Of a stretch of DNA of 64,000 bases, positions 28,747 through 39,370 are shown one piece after another. A program made the position numbers and the translations under genes. The DNA lies in assembly GCA_016928415.1 (NCBI GenBank), contig JAFGKU010000097.1, positions 3,229-67,228 of the forward strand, written 5' to 3'. Under the pieces are notes generated by a model. The model did not search any database. It was not told the DNA's origin and was given only the letters and a program-made list of their open reading frames with translations. This stretch comes from Spirochaetales bacterium. Lineage in GTDB: Bacteria; Spirochaetota; Spirochaetia; SZUA-6; JAFGRV01. Position 1 is the first letter of the stretch, and every line of letters begins with the position of its first letter.

Positions 28747-29991
28747 TTATGCACGGACCCGTTTTCCGGTCCGTCTTCTCCCGCCGCCGGTTCTTCGTTT
28801 TCCCGGTTTCATTCTGTTACCGAGATTGACCGGTTCCTTGACCTTGAAGAATTCCTCAATATGGTAAGGATGGTCGGTCACTACCGGTATCTGCCTGGAT
28901 ATAAGGCGGGTGATGTCCTTGAGGCACTGCTTTTCCTCTTCAGCGCAGAAAGAAATCGCCGTCCCGCCTAACCCGGCCCTGCCGGTTCTGCCGATCCTGT
29001 GCACGTACATTTCAGGGGTTTCCGGCATTTCAAAGTTGATTACAAGGGCCAACTCTTCAATGTCCAGGCCCCTGGCCGCTACATCGGTGGCAACCAGGAC
29101 GTGCGCCCGCCTTTTTTTAAAGTTCTGCAGGGCCCGTTGTCTTGCCCCCTGGGACTTGTCGCCGTGGATCGATTCGGCAATTATGCCCGCCTTGTTTATA
29201 ACCCGGCTTATATTGTCCGCACCTCGTTTGGTGCGCGTGAATATAAGGGTGCTGTCAACAACCTGGTTCTTCAGGATGTGTATAAGAAGGGGTTTTTTAT
29301 TGGATTTCTCCACGTAGTAGATACCCTGTTCAATGCTTTCCACCGGGGTGGAATCCGGGGTCACAGACACCCTCGCCGGATTGTAAAGTATGGAATCGGC
29401 CAGGTGAGTTATCTCGGCCGGCATGGTGGCGGAAAAAAGCATGGTCTGCCTTTGCCGCGGAAGCCGGGAGATGATCCTTCTTATATCGCGGATGAATCCC
29501 ATGTCGAGCATTCTGTCCGCTTCGTCCAGAACAAAAAGGCTTACATGTTCAAGATTAACATGTTTCTGATTCATAAGGTCCAAAAGCCTTCCCGGAGTCG
29601 CTACCAGTATGTCTATGCCTTTTTTTATGGCTTCCACCTGGGGTCTTTGGGAAACGCCGCCGTATACAACACCGTGCTTGAGTCCGGTATACCTGCCGTA
29701 CGCACGGATACTTTCCTCTATCTGTATGGCCAGTTCGCGCGTCGGTGACAGGATGAGACTCCTGATTACCCGTGAAGGGTTGTTATTATCCCTGTTCGTT
29801 CTGAGAATTTGCAGTATGGGCAGGCAAAACGCCGCCGTTTTACCCGTACCTGTCCGGGCACAACCGATAATGTCCCGGCCATTCAACAGGAGAGGTATCG
29901 CCTGTGCCTGTATAGGCGTGGGCGATGAGTATCCTTCGGCCCTGAGGGCTTTCAGGATCGGTTCAATTAGCTTTAGTTTGTCAAAATTCAT
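28747..29991 (-). CDS. rhlE: DEAD-box RNA helicase, RhlE-like
   Basis: Q motif PTPIQ, TGTGKT, PTRELA, LDEADRMLDMGF, SAT, ARGLD and HRIGRTGRAG. Confidence 0.9.
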   Translation of the reverse strand: MNFDKLKLIEPILKALRAEGYSSPTPIQAQAIPLLLNGRDIIGCARTGTGKTAAFCLPILQILRTNRDNNNPSRVIRSLILSPTRELAIQIEESIRAYGRYTGLKHGVVYGGVSQRPQVEAIKKGIDILVATPGRLLDLMNQKHVNLEHVSLFVLDEADRMLDMGFIRDIRRIISRLPRQRQTMLFSATMPAEITHLADSILYNPARVSVTPDSTPVESIEQGIYYVEKSNKKPLLIHILKNQVVDSTLIFTRTKRGADNISRVINKAGIIAESIHGDKSQGARQRALQNFKKRRAHVLVATDVAARGLDIEELALVINFEMPETPEMYVHRIGRTGRAGLGGTAISFCAEEEKQCLKDITRLISRQIPVVTDHPYHIEEFFKVKEPVNLGNRMKPGKRRTGGGRRRTGKRVRA

Positions 29992-30227
29992 TAAAATCCT
30001 TTTCCGGATTGATCGTTAACCGAACAATCCCTTTTTTTTTCAAGAAAACTTATAATCATATAACCGAGGATAATCATTATGAAGGTAAGAATTTCTCTAT
30101 AAATATATTATCTTTCAGCATGGAAGCACATTAAAAATCATTCATTTAAAGATACTTCAAAGATATTTGACCATAATATAACATATTTTATCATAAAGAT
30201 CAAGTAAAATACGGTTTTTTACGCCCG

Positions 30228-33200
30228 TTAAGGTGCCAGCAGGTCGGGCAGTTTTATGCTTCCCCCCAGTTTTATCGTGGCGGCCCAATACGCGAAATAC
30301 AGGGGATTGTATATTTCTGTAGTGCCATTGAAATTGACGGACAGGTAATAATTTGAGCTTAGTGACTTGTATGTGAGACTGCCTTCTCCTTCGAATTTAT
30401 TGTAATTGGTAGCCCCGGGCAGACCCATTTGATCTATGTATATACCGCCTCCCCCTTTCAATGCGAAACCGAAAGCTTCCTTTGCCTCCTGCGGCGCAAA
30501 CTGCATGGAAAAACCTAACAATCCATATATCTGAAAGACCTGGTTGGGGGACCAGTATCCGGTTGACATGTCGCTTAATGCGTCCTGGTACCCGCCAATG
30601 ACTGTAATTGTAAAAAGCGAGAAGGGGTTATCAAAGCTGAGGAAGGGCAGATTCAACTCGGCGCCCGGTTTGATGACCGTATTTCCGTCAAGCAGAACAT
30701 CTATTGTACCGTATGCCCTGAGACTGGTGTCGCTTAAGGGATAATGGTCTATAAATGAAAAACGGTACGTGATGTTTAATTCGCCGAAAATATCGTACAC
30801 ATCAGATATATTATATGAAAGTGTATCCGGGTACATCCTGAAGCCGCCGTTTCCGTAAATGGACAGGCTGCTAAACAGGGCAAGTGAAAAATCAAGCCGT
30901 ATAAACGGGCTTACGGCGTTATACTTTATGTAATCAATTAAGGGGATGGGGGACTTGGTTGCCACATCTGCGTAAAAAGCATCATTTAAATAAAATGTCC
31001 CTCCACCGTAAGGAGTTAATTTCAAGTTCAGGAAATTCAGGTCCATCTCCAATCCCAGGCCCAGGGTATGCGTCAGGTAAGAATAATTATTACCCCACGT
31101 GTAGTAATATGTATTCTCCATATCATATCCCCCCTTGAGACCGAAAAGGGAGTTTAAAGGTGCCTGGTAGGTGAATCCGGCATGGGTTATAACACGGGAA
31201 GTATCGACAGTACTGTATGTTTCCAGTGAAAGCTTGTCAGCATGCTCCCTTTCCACCTGGTTGTAGAGACTGGCCGCGTTTTCAAAGAAGGGGTCTGCTC
31301 CGTACACCTTCAGGAAATTCTCCCTGGCCTGGAACCAGTCCCTGTTCCACTGGTAGACGGTTCCGAGCCTGTAAATGGCGCTCAGGTTATTGGGATCAAT
31401 TGACAGCACCTGCCTGAACTGGATGATCGCGCTGTCCAATTCCTTCCTTGCCAGGTAAAAGTCACCGAGTTCATTGCGGAGGAGGTAGGTTTCTTCCGCG
31501 TATTCAAAAAAGCTCTTTACCATTTTATTGTACAGTGCGTCATGTAAAAGCTTGAGCTGTTCCCGGCAGTCTTTTTTACGGTTGGCCGCGTCTTTCAGGA
31601 ATTCATTTATACTTTCCACCATGGCTGTTACATCCGCTTCAGGATCATCCCCCAGGTTTCCGGTCTGGGGCTGGGTTCCTATGCTGATGAGTGCAAGCAT
31701 TACCCTGTTCAAGCTGTCCGTATAGGGAGCGATCTTCGTGATTCCCGCGCTGTTGTCCTGAAAGAAATTGGTGGCCTGGACCAGGTCGCCGTTCCATATC
31801 ATGGTTTCATAATACGAGCAGGCGAGCCCGGGATATATTTCACCGGTTGAAAGGTTTTTATAAAGGTTTTTCGCATCCGTTATCTTCTTTTCAATCTGTG
31901 AAATCATGGCGATCACGTGCCCGGCAAGCGGAAGGGAACGGGAAACATTGGTCAGTTCCTCCATCATGACTTTCCTGTCCCAGTTCCATCCCAGTCCGGC
32001 CGCCACCCTGGAAAAAATTTCCTGCTCCTCCCTGGCCGCAACCAGAATGGCGGTAATGGTACTCATCCCTTCGGATAATTTGTCTGTTGCCGCCTTGTAG
32101 TCCGTCAGGGTTTTTTTTACTTCCTCCATAAGGTTGGCCAGTAGTGCTGCTTCTGTATTCCGGATTATTTCCGGGTCCTGGTCCGGCTTGCTGATTTCCT
32201 CGCCTTCTTCGGCGGCTATGGACGCTTCTTTCAGGTAATCCGAATACATCTTTGATGCCCTGGTATAATTTTCTGTCTGCCTTATCAGGTCCTCTCTCTT
32301 TTTTGACAACAGGCCGGAAATTCTGTCAAAGACATTTAAATAGGTATAAAGTTTATCCATGTTCTCAATAAGCTTTCCATTGGCCTGCATCATTTTTTGA
32401 AGCGAATTATAGGCACGGTTGGTGAGTATATTCAGGTATTCGTTTATGGCGGCCTCTTTTTGACCGTTCCAGAAATAGGTCTGCGCCAGTACTTCCCGGA
32501 GTGCCAGGTTGTCCGGTTCCCGTTCAAGCTTCTCCAGGTACTCCCGGATAACCTGCTCCTTGAGGCTCGCCCTTTCCCTGTACATTTCTAGGTACCGGGT
32601 CAACCTGGCAGAAGGCAGATACCGTTTCTCAATGTACCGGCGGATCTGGTCAGCTTTATTCTTCTCGTTGATCCTGTTGTAGGTCTCTTCCAGCCGGAGG
32701 GCCATCTCCAGGTCCCGGGGCGCAGCGGAAAGACCGTGCAGGTAAACGGGAATCGCCCAGTCAGGGTACCCGCTAACGGTGAATTCACCGGCAAGTTTCT
32801 TCATTTTACCGGGATCAGATCCCGCAAGCTTATTGGCCTTCTGTATCGTTTTTTCCGCTTCCGCCATGTTGCTGGACCAGGCATAGGTTAGCGCCATATT
32901 TATAAGGATGCTGACATCATCAGGGAATTCCGAAAGCCCCTGCTTGAAAAAGGCGATCGAATCCTTGTACCGCTGGGTCCAGCCGGCCATTTTCCCCGCC
33001 TCCATCCATACGGCATATTGTTTTGGTTTTTTTTTCAAAATTTCCCTGTATTGGTTCAAACCGGTGGTCAGATCGCCGTTCCAGATGCAGTTCTTGGCAA
33101 TCAATAACTTCACTTCAAGATTTTCGGGGTTCAGGGAAAGCGCTTTCTTCAAATATTTTACGGCATTAAGGTAATCGCTTAACAGGGTGTAGATCATGGA

Positions 33201-33980
33201 TAATTCCACGAGCGGCGCTGTATCCTGCGGATTATCCCTTATTATAATGAGGTAGTCGTCTATGGACTTGAACGGGTAATTGATGGAGCGGTCATTCATG
33301 TTTTCCGGGAACCGGGCCGGCAGCTTGTCTCCTATTATCCTCTTCCCGTTTTCCTTCCTTGCGAAGAACAGGCAATCCAGGTAAAAATAAAATCGCTGGT
33401 CGTACGCCCGTTTGGCGGTTACCTGTATCCGCAGTTTATGCCTTCCCTTTTCAAGGTTTACGTCCTTAACCATATTCCAGTAATAGGAGGGGGCGTAGTT
33501 CGCAACGACCACCGTTTCTTCACGGAATATTTTTACAGGCACCGCCGAATCGTCCAATGTGTACTGGAAAGGGGAGGAATAGGAAGGATAGGAATCATTC
33601 CCGGGACCGGGCGGTGTGCCTCCGTACCAGAATTCGTACGTGCCGGATTCCTCTGCGTAGAAGACGTAATCCGCATAGAATGCCTCTCCCCCCTGAAGGC
33701 CCGTTGTCCGGGAAAGCTGAAGAGCCCTGCTTCCCGAACAGTCGTAGTTCATCGTGGGTTCCCTGTTGAAATTGGTGGAAACCGCGTCTTCACCCTCGAT
33801 GAATACGATGTTGGGATTTTCTTCCGGGAAAACCGGGCTTATTTTTGAACTGACCTCGGGCGGTTTATCCTCCGCCTGTCCTCCATCCGCGTTTTCCGCA
33901 GCAGCAGAGAACACGCTGAAAATAATACATAATACCGCCAAAGCGGCCCGAATGACTGTAAAAATCCTTTTTGTTTCCAT
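30228..33980 (-). CDS. Large exported protein: CBM-like N-terminus, TPR/coiled-coil centre, probable C-terminal beta-barrel
   Basis: Signal peptide, FIEGED beta-sandwich-like domain, TPRs and an aromatic amphipathic C-terminal region of about 300 aa. Alternative start at 34016. Confidence 0.7.
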   Translation of the reverse strand: METKRIFTVIRAALAVLCIIFSVFSAAAENADGGQAEDKPPEVSSKISPVFPEENPNIVFIEGEDAVSTNFNREPTMNYDCSGSRALQLSRTTGLQGGEAFYADYVFYAEESGTYEFWYGGTPPGPGNDSYPSYSSPFQYTLDDSAVPVKIFREETVVVANYAPSYYWNMVKDVNLEKGRHKLRIQVTAKRAYDQRFYFYLDCLFFARKENGKRIIGDKLPARFPENMNDRSINYPFKSIDDYLIIIRDNPQDTAPLVELSMIYTLLSDYLNAVKYLKKALSLNPENLEVKLLIAKNCIWNGDLTTGLNQYREILKKKPKQYAVWMEAGKMAGWTQRYKDSIAFFKQGLSEFPDDVSILINMALTYAWSSNMAEAEKTIQKANKLAGSDPGKMKKLAGEFTVSGYPDWAIPVYLHGLSAAPRDLEMALRLEETYNRINEKNKADQIRRYIEKRYLPSARLTRYLEMYRERASLKEQVIREYLEKLEREPDNLALREVLAQTYFWNGQKEAAINEYLNILTNRAYNSLQKMMQANGKLIENMDKLYTYLNVFDRISGLLSKKREDLIRQTENYTRASKMYSDYLKEASIAAEEGEEISKPDQDPEIIRNTEAALLANLMEEVKKTLTDYKAATDKLSEGMSTITAILVAAREEQEIFSRVAAGLGWNWDRKVMMEELTNVSRSLPLAGHVIAMISQIEKKITDAKNLYKNLSTGEIYPGLACSYYETMIWNGDLVQATNFFQDNSAGITKIAPYTDSLNRVMLALISIGTQPQTGNLGDDPEADVTAMVESINEFLKDAANRKKDCREQLKLLHDALYNKMVKSFFEYAEETYLLRNELGDFYLARKELDSAIIQFRQVLSIDPNNLSAIYRLGTVYQWNRDWFQARENFLKVYGADPFFENAASLYNQVEREHADKLSLETYSTVDTSRVITHAGFTYQAPLNSLFGLKGGYDMENTYYYTWGNNYSYLTHTLGLGLEMDLNFLNLKLTPYGGGTFYLNDAFYADVATKSPIPLIDYIKYNAVSPFIRLDFSLALFSSLSIYGNGGFRMYPDTLSYNISDVYDIFGELNITYRFSFIDHYPLSDTSLRAYGTIDVLLDGNTVIKPGAELNLPFLSFDNPFSLFTITVIGGYQDALSDMSTGYWSPNQVFQIYGLLGFSMQFAPQEAKEAFGFALKGGGGIYIDQMGLPGATNYNKFEGEGSLTYKSLSSNYYLSVNFNGTTEIYNPLYFAYWAATIKLGGSIKLPDLLAP

Positions 33981-34195
33981 ACCTGTTCCTGTGATGAGAG
34001 TTTTTAAAGGCAGCATTTCTTGAAAGCAATCATTCCATGCACATTAATATGATATTGGATCGGTATTTGATTTTCCAGTGAAATTTGATGAATAAAAATA
34101 TGTAAACTGTATTCTTTGGGGAGAAAGAGATATATAACCAGCGTTTTTTAAGGATGAATTAGGTTTATATCCCGTGCTCTTTGGGGTTAAACGGA

Positions 34196-36235
34196 TTAGA
34201 TCCCGCCCTCTTTCGGGGCAAAATGGGAGAATTCCATGGCAAAGGTGGCCCGGCCCTGGGTTGTGCTGCGCAGGCTCGTGGAGTAGCCGAACATGTTGGC
34301 CAAAGGAACCTCCGCCCTGATATGTTCCACCGTCGGTTTGCTTTCATGACTGATGATGATCCCGTTCCTTGCCTTCAGGTTCCCGATCGTGTCACCGACA
34401 AATTCCGAGGGGGTCATGACATCCACCATCATGATCGGCTCAAGGAGAACGGGCGCGGCCTTGTGGCAGGCGGCGTCAAAACCAAGCGCGCCGGCCGCTT
34501 CAAAGGCGATTTCGGTAGATGTATTGATGTTATACACGGCATCTGCCAGCGTTACCCCGATGTCGATTGTCTGATACCCGTACTTGATGCCCGAGGAGAA
34601 AGCGCCGGTAACTCCGTTTTTAACCGCCTCGGCAAGTTCCCGGGGCAGTTTGGCAAAACTTATCCGGTTTTCGAACTGATTTCCCTTCCCCCTGGGTAAA
34701 GGCTCCACCTTGAGTGTAATTTCCGCCGTGTTTTCCTTCTGGCCGATTGTCTTATGGTATTTTTCCGTGTGGGTTACCACTTTGGAGATGGATTCCCTGT
34801 ATGACACCTGCGGTTTACCCACACGTGCTTCCACCTTGAAATCCTTGATAACCCGGGTAACGAGAACATCGAGGTGGAGCTCCCCCATGCCGCTGATAAG
34901 AAGCTGCCCCGTTTCCTCGTTTTCCTTGATCATGAAAGTGGGGTCTTCCCGTTCCAGTATTTCAAGGGTTTCCCTTAGCTTTTTTCTTTCCGAAAGCGTC
35001 CTGGGTTCAATGGCCACGGAGATGACCGGTTCGGGGAAGTGCATTTTTTCCAAAAGGATGGGGTGTTTGTCGCTGCCGATTGAATCCCCTGTCTGGCAGA
35101 GTTTGAATCCTACGACGGCGGCTATCTCTCCGGCCCCGATTTTATCTATCTGCTCGTATTTATTGGCATGCAGCTTGAACAGCCTGTTGATGCGTTCCCT
35201 TTTATTCTTGTTGATATTGTATACTGCCGTTCCATTGTTGATGGAACCGGAGTACATGCGGATAAAATTGATGCTGCCCGCTTCCCTGTCCGCCTGTATT
35301 TTAAATACAAGGCCGAGCGGGTATCCGTCAGGATTGCAGGGTACGGCGGTTTCCTTGCTGGTCTTTGCGTGAAATCCGATCATGGGCGGTACTTCCTTCG
35401 GAGAGGGAAGAAACCGGATAACAGCGTTGATGAGCGGCTGGACTCCCGCGTTTCTTAACGAGGCGCCGCAGAAGGTGGGAATGAGTTCCAGTTTTAAACA
35501 GGCCGTTTTAATGGCCGTTAATATAAGGTCTACAGGTATTTCTTTTCCTTCCACGTATAACTCGGTAATCTCGTCGGAGAAATGGGAAACCTGGTCTATC
35601 AGTTTCTCCCGCCATTCCATTGCCTTGTCAATTCGGGAGGAATCGATATCCGAATGATGCATTGTAGTCCCGGCATCTCCCTTGTCCCATCTGATTTCTT
35701 TCAGATTAATGAGGTCTACGATCCCTTCGAAATCCGATTCCGCCCCGATGGGAAGCTGAAGGACGAGGGGTACGGCATGGAGTTTTTCATCCATTTCCTT
35801 TAAAACATCAAAAAAATCGGCACCGATCCTGTCCATCTTGTTAATGTAGGCAATCCTCGGAACATGGTATCTATCCGCCTGGTGCCAGACCGTTTCGGAC
35901 TGCGGTTCCACCCCTCCTACGGCGCAAAAAATGGCAATGGCCCCGTCGAGTACGCGCAGGGACCTTTCTACTTCCGCCGTGAAGTCCACATGTCCCGGTG
36001 TATCGATGATATTGATTTGATGATCTTCCCAGAAACAGGTGGTTGCCGCGGCGGTAATGGTGATACCCCGCTCCTGTTCCTGCGTCATCCAGTCCATCGT
36101 CGCTTCACCGTCGTCAACCTCGCCTATTTTATAGCTTTTCTTTGTATAGTAAAGAATTCTTTCCGTAGTGGTTGTTTTACCGGCATCAATATGGGCCATG
36201 ATGCCTATGTTTCTGATTTTATCTATTTCTGCCAC
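34196..36235 (-). CDS. fusA: Elongation factor G paralogue (EF-G2-like)
   Basis: [19 protein letters not shown] and NKMD intact. Domain IV loops are divergent and the gene is outside an str operon. Confidence 0.93.
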   Translation of the reverse strand: MAEIDKIRNIGIMAHIDAGKTTTTERILYYTKKSYKIGEVDDGEATMDWMTQEQERGITITAAATTCFWEDHQINIIDTPGHVDFTAEVERSLRVLDGAIAIFCAVGGVEPQSETVWHQADRYHVPRIAYINKMDRIGADFFDVLKEMDEKLHAVPLVLQLPIGAESDFEGIVDLINLKEIRWDKGDAGTTMHHSDIDSSRIDKAMEWREKLIDQVSHFSDEITELYVEGKEIPVDLILTAIKTACLKLELIPTFCGASLRNAGVQPLINAVIRFLPSPKEVPPMIGFHAKTSKETAVPCNPDGYPLGLVFKIQADREAGSINFIRMYSGSINNGTAVYNINKNKRERINRLFKLHANKYEQIDKIGAGEIAAVVGFKLCQTGDSIGSDKHPILLEKMHFPEPVISVAIEPRTLSERKKLRETLEILEREDPTFMIKENEETGQLLISGMGELHLDVLVTRVIKDFKVEARVGKPQVSYRESISKVVTHTEKYHKTIGQKENTAEITLKVEPLPRGKGNQFENRISFAKLPRELAEAVKNGVTGAFSSGIKYGYQTIDIGVTLADAVYNINTSTEIAFEAAGALGFDAACHKAAPVLLEPIMMVDVMTPSEFVGDTIGNLKARNGIIISHESKPTVEHIRAEVPLANMFGYSTSLRSTTQGRATFAMEFSHFAPKEGGI

Positions 36236-36431
36236 AGGTACCTCTGTAAACCTTTTCCAATTTTACTAAAACTCCGGAGACTGATAGTACCATATCATCG
36301 TTAGCTTTGGAAGAGGTTTTGGTACCAAGCTATCTCAAAAATGTTTTTTAATGTCTTAAATGACAAGTATTAAAATAGAAATGTCTATAATTATGGCTTT
36401 TTGAGATAAGGTTGATTACCATGATATATGT

Positions 36432-36720
36432 TTATTTTTGAAATAGCTTTGTGTTATTTTTTTCCAAATATACGATGTTCACCTTATCGGAAAGTGTTTC
36501 AGTGCGGAAAACCGTGTAGCCTGATTTCTTATACAGGTAAAGATTTTTATCGCTTCTCCCACCCGTAAATAACTCATACCGCACGGCGTCTTTAAAATTA
36601 TTTTTCTTTCATGCGCAGCAGGCTTGATCCGATACCCCTGTTCTGGCATTCCGGCAATACGATTAAACGCCCTATGTGACAGGTATTCCCGTCAAAATGG
36701 GCGCGGACCGATCCTTGATG
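36432..36720 (-). pseudogene. GNAT acetyltransferase remnant (5'-truncated, frameshifted)
   Basis: Manual translation gives GSVRAHFDGNTCHIGRLIVLPECQNRGIGSSLL. After a frameshift near 36600 it continues FKDAVRYELFTGGRSDKNLYLYKKSGYTVFRTE..IVYLEK. Confidence 0.8.
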
Positions 36721-36734
36721 AAAATTTAATCTTG

Positions 36735-36764
36735 TTGACTGGAAACGGGGTTTATCATTATACT
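36735..36764 (+). promoter_or_regulatory. Sigma70-like promoter for clpC
   Basis: TTGACT-N18-TATACT. Confidence 0.55.
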
Positions 36765-36783
36765 TGAAATCAGGAGTGTATTA

Positions 36784-36894
36784 TAGGCACCTCTTAAAAA
36801 CCTCCTTTTGGAGCCGTTTGCCGAATCAAAACCCTTTAAAAATCGGGGTTTTTAGAGGTTGCCCGGGACAAATAAATAGTTTTTAGAGGTGCCC
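36784..36894. mobile_element. Small REP/MITE-like palindromic element in the clpC leader
   Basis: GGCACCTCTTAAAAAC at the left and two inverse copies GTTTTTAGAGG(T)TGCCC at 36848 and 36879, flanked by TTA on both sides. Confidence 0.65.
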
Positions 36895-36896
36895 TT

Positions 36897-39356
36897 ATGT
36901 TTCAAAAATATCCTTACCATTGCACTGAGAAATGCATAAGTGCCTTGAATATAGGCATAAAAGAAATGGTCAACATGCGGAAGAATATTCTGACCCCTGA
37001 ATTCATCCTGGTCGGCCTGATTGAGCAGATCGATTCGTCTGTCATGCGTTTACTGAACGAAATGGACCTGAATGCCGAGGAAGCGCGCGACAAAATGCTT
37101 TCCGAGATATATTCCCGGCAGGAGGTTTCCGAAACAACCGAACCCATAAATCCCATGAACTTCAACATTTCCATATCACCGGAAGTGGAGGCCCTTTTTG
37201 AAAATGCATTGCAGAAAGCGAGGGAACTGGGTGACAAGTATATTACGGCCTCGCTATTGTTCGTAATGATGTTTGATGAAATGGCCGGGGAAGATGTGCA
37301 TAAAATTCTGGCCGCCGGGGGGGTAAACAAGGAGACTGCCTGGAAGGCCTTCCATTCCCTTCGGAGCGGAAGAAAGGTGGAAGACAGGAATGCGGACAGC
37401 AAGGAGGATGTTTTAAGCATCTATACAAAGGATTTAACCGCCCTGGCCAGAAGCGGAAAACTGGACAAGGTGGTCGGCAGGGAAGAGGAGATCATGCAGA
37501 TGATCCGCGTGCTTTCCCGCCGCAATAAAAACAATCCCATCCTGATCGGGCAGCCCGGTGTAGGCAAGACCGTTTTGGTGGAAGCGCTGGCGCAGAGAAT
37601 AGTGGATGCTGAGGTTCCGGAAACCCTGTTTGGTAAAAAAATAGTTTCATTGGAAATGGCGGAGCTCGTCGCAGGCGCCAAATTCAAGGGGGAATTCGAG
37701 GAAAGGCTCAAGGCAATCCGGGAGGAAATTATCGCCGCCTCGGGCCAGATTATACTGTTCATAGACGAATTCCATACCGTAATGTCCTCCTCCGGTCAGG
37801 AATCGGGGGCCGCGTCTGACATGTTGAAGCCGGCATTGGCCAGGGGATTGCTCCAGTGCATAGGCGCCACCACCCTGGACGAGTATAAAAAGCATATAGA
37901 AAAGGATAAAGCCCTGGCCAGAAGGCTGCAGCCCATCATAATTGACGAGCCTACGGTCGAGGAAACCATCGAAATAATAAAAGGCGTTATAGCATACTAC
38001 CAGAGCCACCACTCGATAAAATACACCGAGGAGGCCATCGTTGCGGCCGCCAGATTGTCCGACAGGTATCTGTCGGAGCGTTTCCTTCCGGATAAGGCCA
38101 TTGACCTGATCGATGAAGCGGGGGCAACCAAGCACTTAAGCTATATATACGTTCCCCCTGAAATAAAGGAAGCCGAATCCAAGAGGGCCAAGCTTCTTGA
38201 CGAACAGCAGGCGGCATTCGGCAAAAAGGACTTCAAGCACGTAGCCGAAATACAGCAGAAGATAGTGGCCATGGAAAATGAACTTAAAAAACACAAGCTG
38301 AACTGGCTGAACGATTTATCGGCCAAGGATATCCTCGTTAACGACGCGGATGTTGCCGAAGTCGTATCCCGATGGACCGGTATACCGCTGGCCCGGCTTG
38401 TTGAAAGCGAATCGGAGAAGCTGTCGCACATGGAAGATAAAATTCATCATAGGATAATCGGCCAGGACCAGGCCGTCGCGGCTGTCTGCAATGCCATCCG
38501 GAGGAACAGGGCAGGGGTGAAGGTACATTCACGGCCCATTGGCAGTTTCCTTTTTTTGGGGCCGACCGGGGTAGGCAAAACGGAACTGGCGAAAGCATTG
38601 GCCGAATTTCTCCTTGACGACGAGAACAAGATTATCCGGATAGACATGTCCGAATACCAGGAGCGGCATACCGTCAGCCGGATCATAGGTGCTCCGCCGG
38701 GATACATAGGGTACGGTGAAGGCGGACAGTTGACCGAGAAAGTGAGAAGGAATCCGTATTCGGTTATCCTTCTGGACGAGCTTGAGAAAGCCCATCCCGA
38801 TGTTTTCAATCTCCTGCTCCAGATACTCGATAATGGGAAATTGACCGACGGTGAAGGGCTGGAGGTTTCCTTCAGGAATACTCTCGTCATTGGCACTTCC
38901 AACATTGGAGGCCAGATCCTCTCCCAGGAAGTCAAGCGGATCGGCTTTGTGGAGGCGGAGGGCCTGGAGGGATATGAGGAATCGAAATCAACGGTAATGT
39001 CAGAGGTGAAGCAGTTTTTCAGGCCCGAATTCTTAAACCGGCTTGATGATATAATCGTTTTCCATCCGCTTTCACATGATCATATCAGGCGGATTGTCGA
39101 CCTCGAAGTCGCCAAACTGGTTAAAGGCCTTTTGGAGCAGAACATATCCCTGACAGTGGAGGATGCGGTCAAGGATTTTCTTGCCGAAACAGGCTATTCT
39201 GAAATTTATGGAGCCAGGCCCCTTAAAAGGGAAATTGAGAGGATCATTCAAAATCCCATATCCAGCCAGATAATTGAAAGGAAGATATTGCCCAATTCTC
39301 AAATCAAGGCCGTATTAAAAAAGGACAAGAATGTTGAAATCGTAGCGGAGAAGTAA
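36897..39356 (+). CDS. clpC: ClpC-type AAA+ chaperone/protease subunit
   Basis: Clp N-domain, two NBDs (GQPGVGKT, GPTGVGKT), short UVR-like middle domain and IGF ClpP-docking loop (KRIGFV). Confidence 0.88.
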   Translation: MFQKYPYHCTEKCISALNIGIKEMVNMRKNILTPEFILVGLIEQIDSSVMRLLNEMDLNAEEARDKMLSEIYSRQEVSETTEPINPMNFNISISPEVEALFENALQKARELGDKYITASLLFVMMFDEMAGEDVHKILAAGGVNKETAWKAFHSLRSGRKVEDRNADSKEDVLSIYTKDLTALARSGKLDKVVGREEEIMQMIRVLSRRNKNNPILIGQPGVGKTVLVEALAQRIVDAEVPETLFGKKIVSLEMAELVAGAKFKGEFEERLKAIREEIIAASGQIILFIDEFHTVMSSSGQESGAASDMLKPALARGLLQCIGATTLDEYKKHIEKDKALARRLQPIIIDEPTVEETIEIIKGVIAYYQSHHSIKYTEEAIVAAARLSDRYLSERFLPDKAIDLIDEAGATKHLSYIYVPPEIKEAESKRAKLLDEQQAAFGKKDFKHVAEIQQKIVAMENELKKHKLNWLNDLSAKDILVNDADVAEVVSRWTGIPLARLVESESEKLSHMEDKIHHRIIGQDQAVAAVCNAIRRNRAGVKVHSRPIGSFLFLGPTGVGKTELAKALAEFLLDDENKIIRIDMSEYQERHTVSRIIGAPPGYIGYGEGGQLTEKVRRNPYSVILLDELEKAHPDVFNLLLQILDNGKLTDGEGLEVSFRNTLVIGTSNIGGQILSQEVKRIGFVEAEGLEGYEESKSTVMSEVKQFFRPEFLNRLDDIIVFHPLSHDHIRRIVDLEVAKLVKGLLEQNISLTVEDAVKDFLAETGYSEIYGARPLKREIERIIQNPISSQIIERKILPNSQIKAVLKKDKNVEIVAEK

Positions 39357-39370
39357 AGTTAGGAGGCTTT

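Noticed and set aside
21808-29748. Long antisense ORFs (21808..22464, 26264..26956, 28999..29748) and similar ones elsewhere
   Set aside because: They are codon-symmetry shadows of strongly supported genes, with no SD and no recognisable motifs.
36660-36790. CIRCE or CtsR box upstream of clpC
   Set aside because: Neither TTAGCACTC-N9-GAGTGCTAA nor a tandem GGTCAAA repeat is present.
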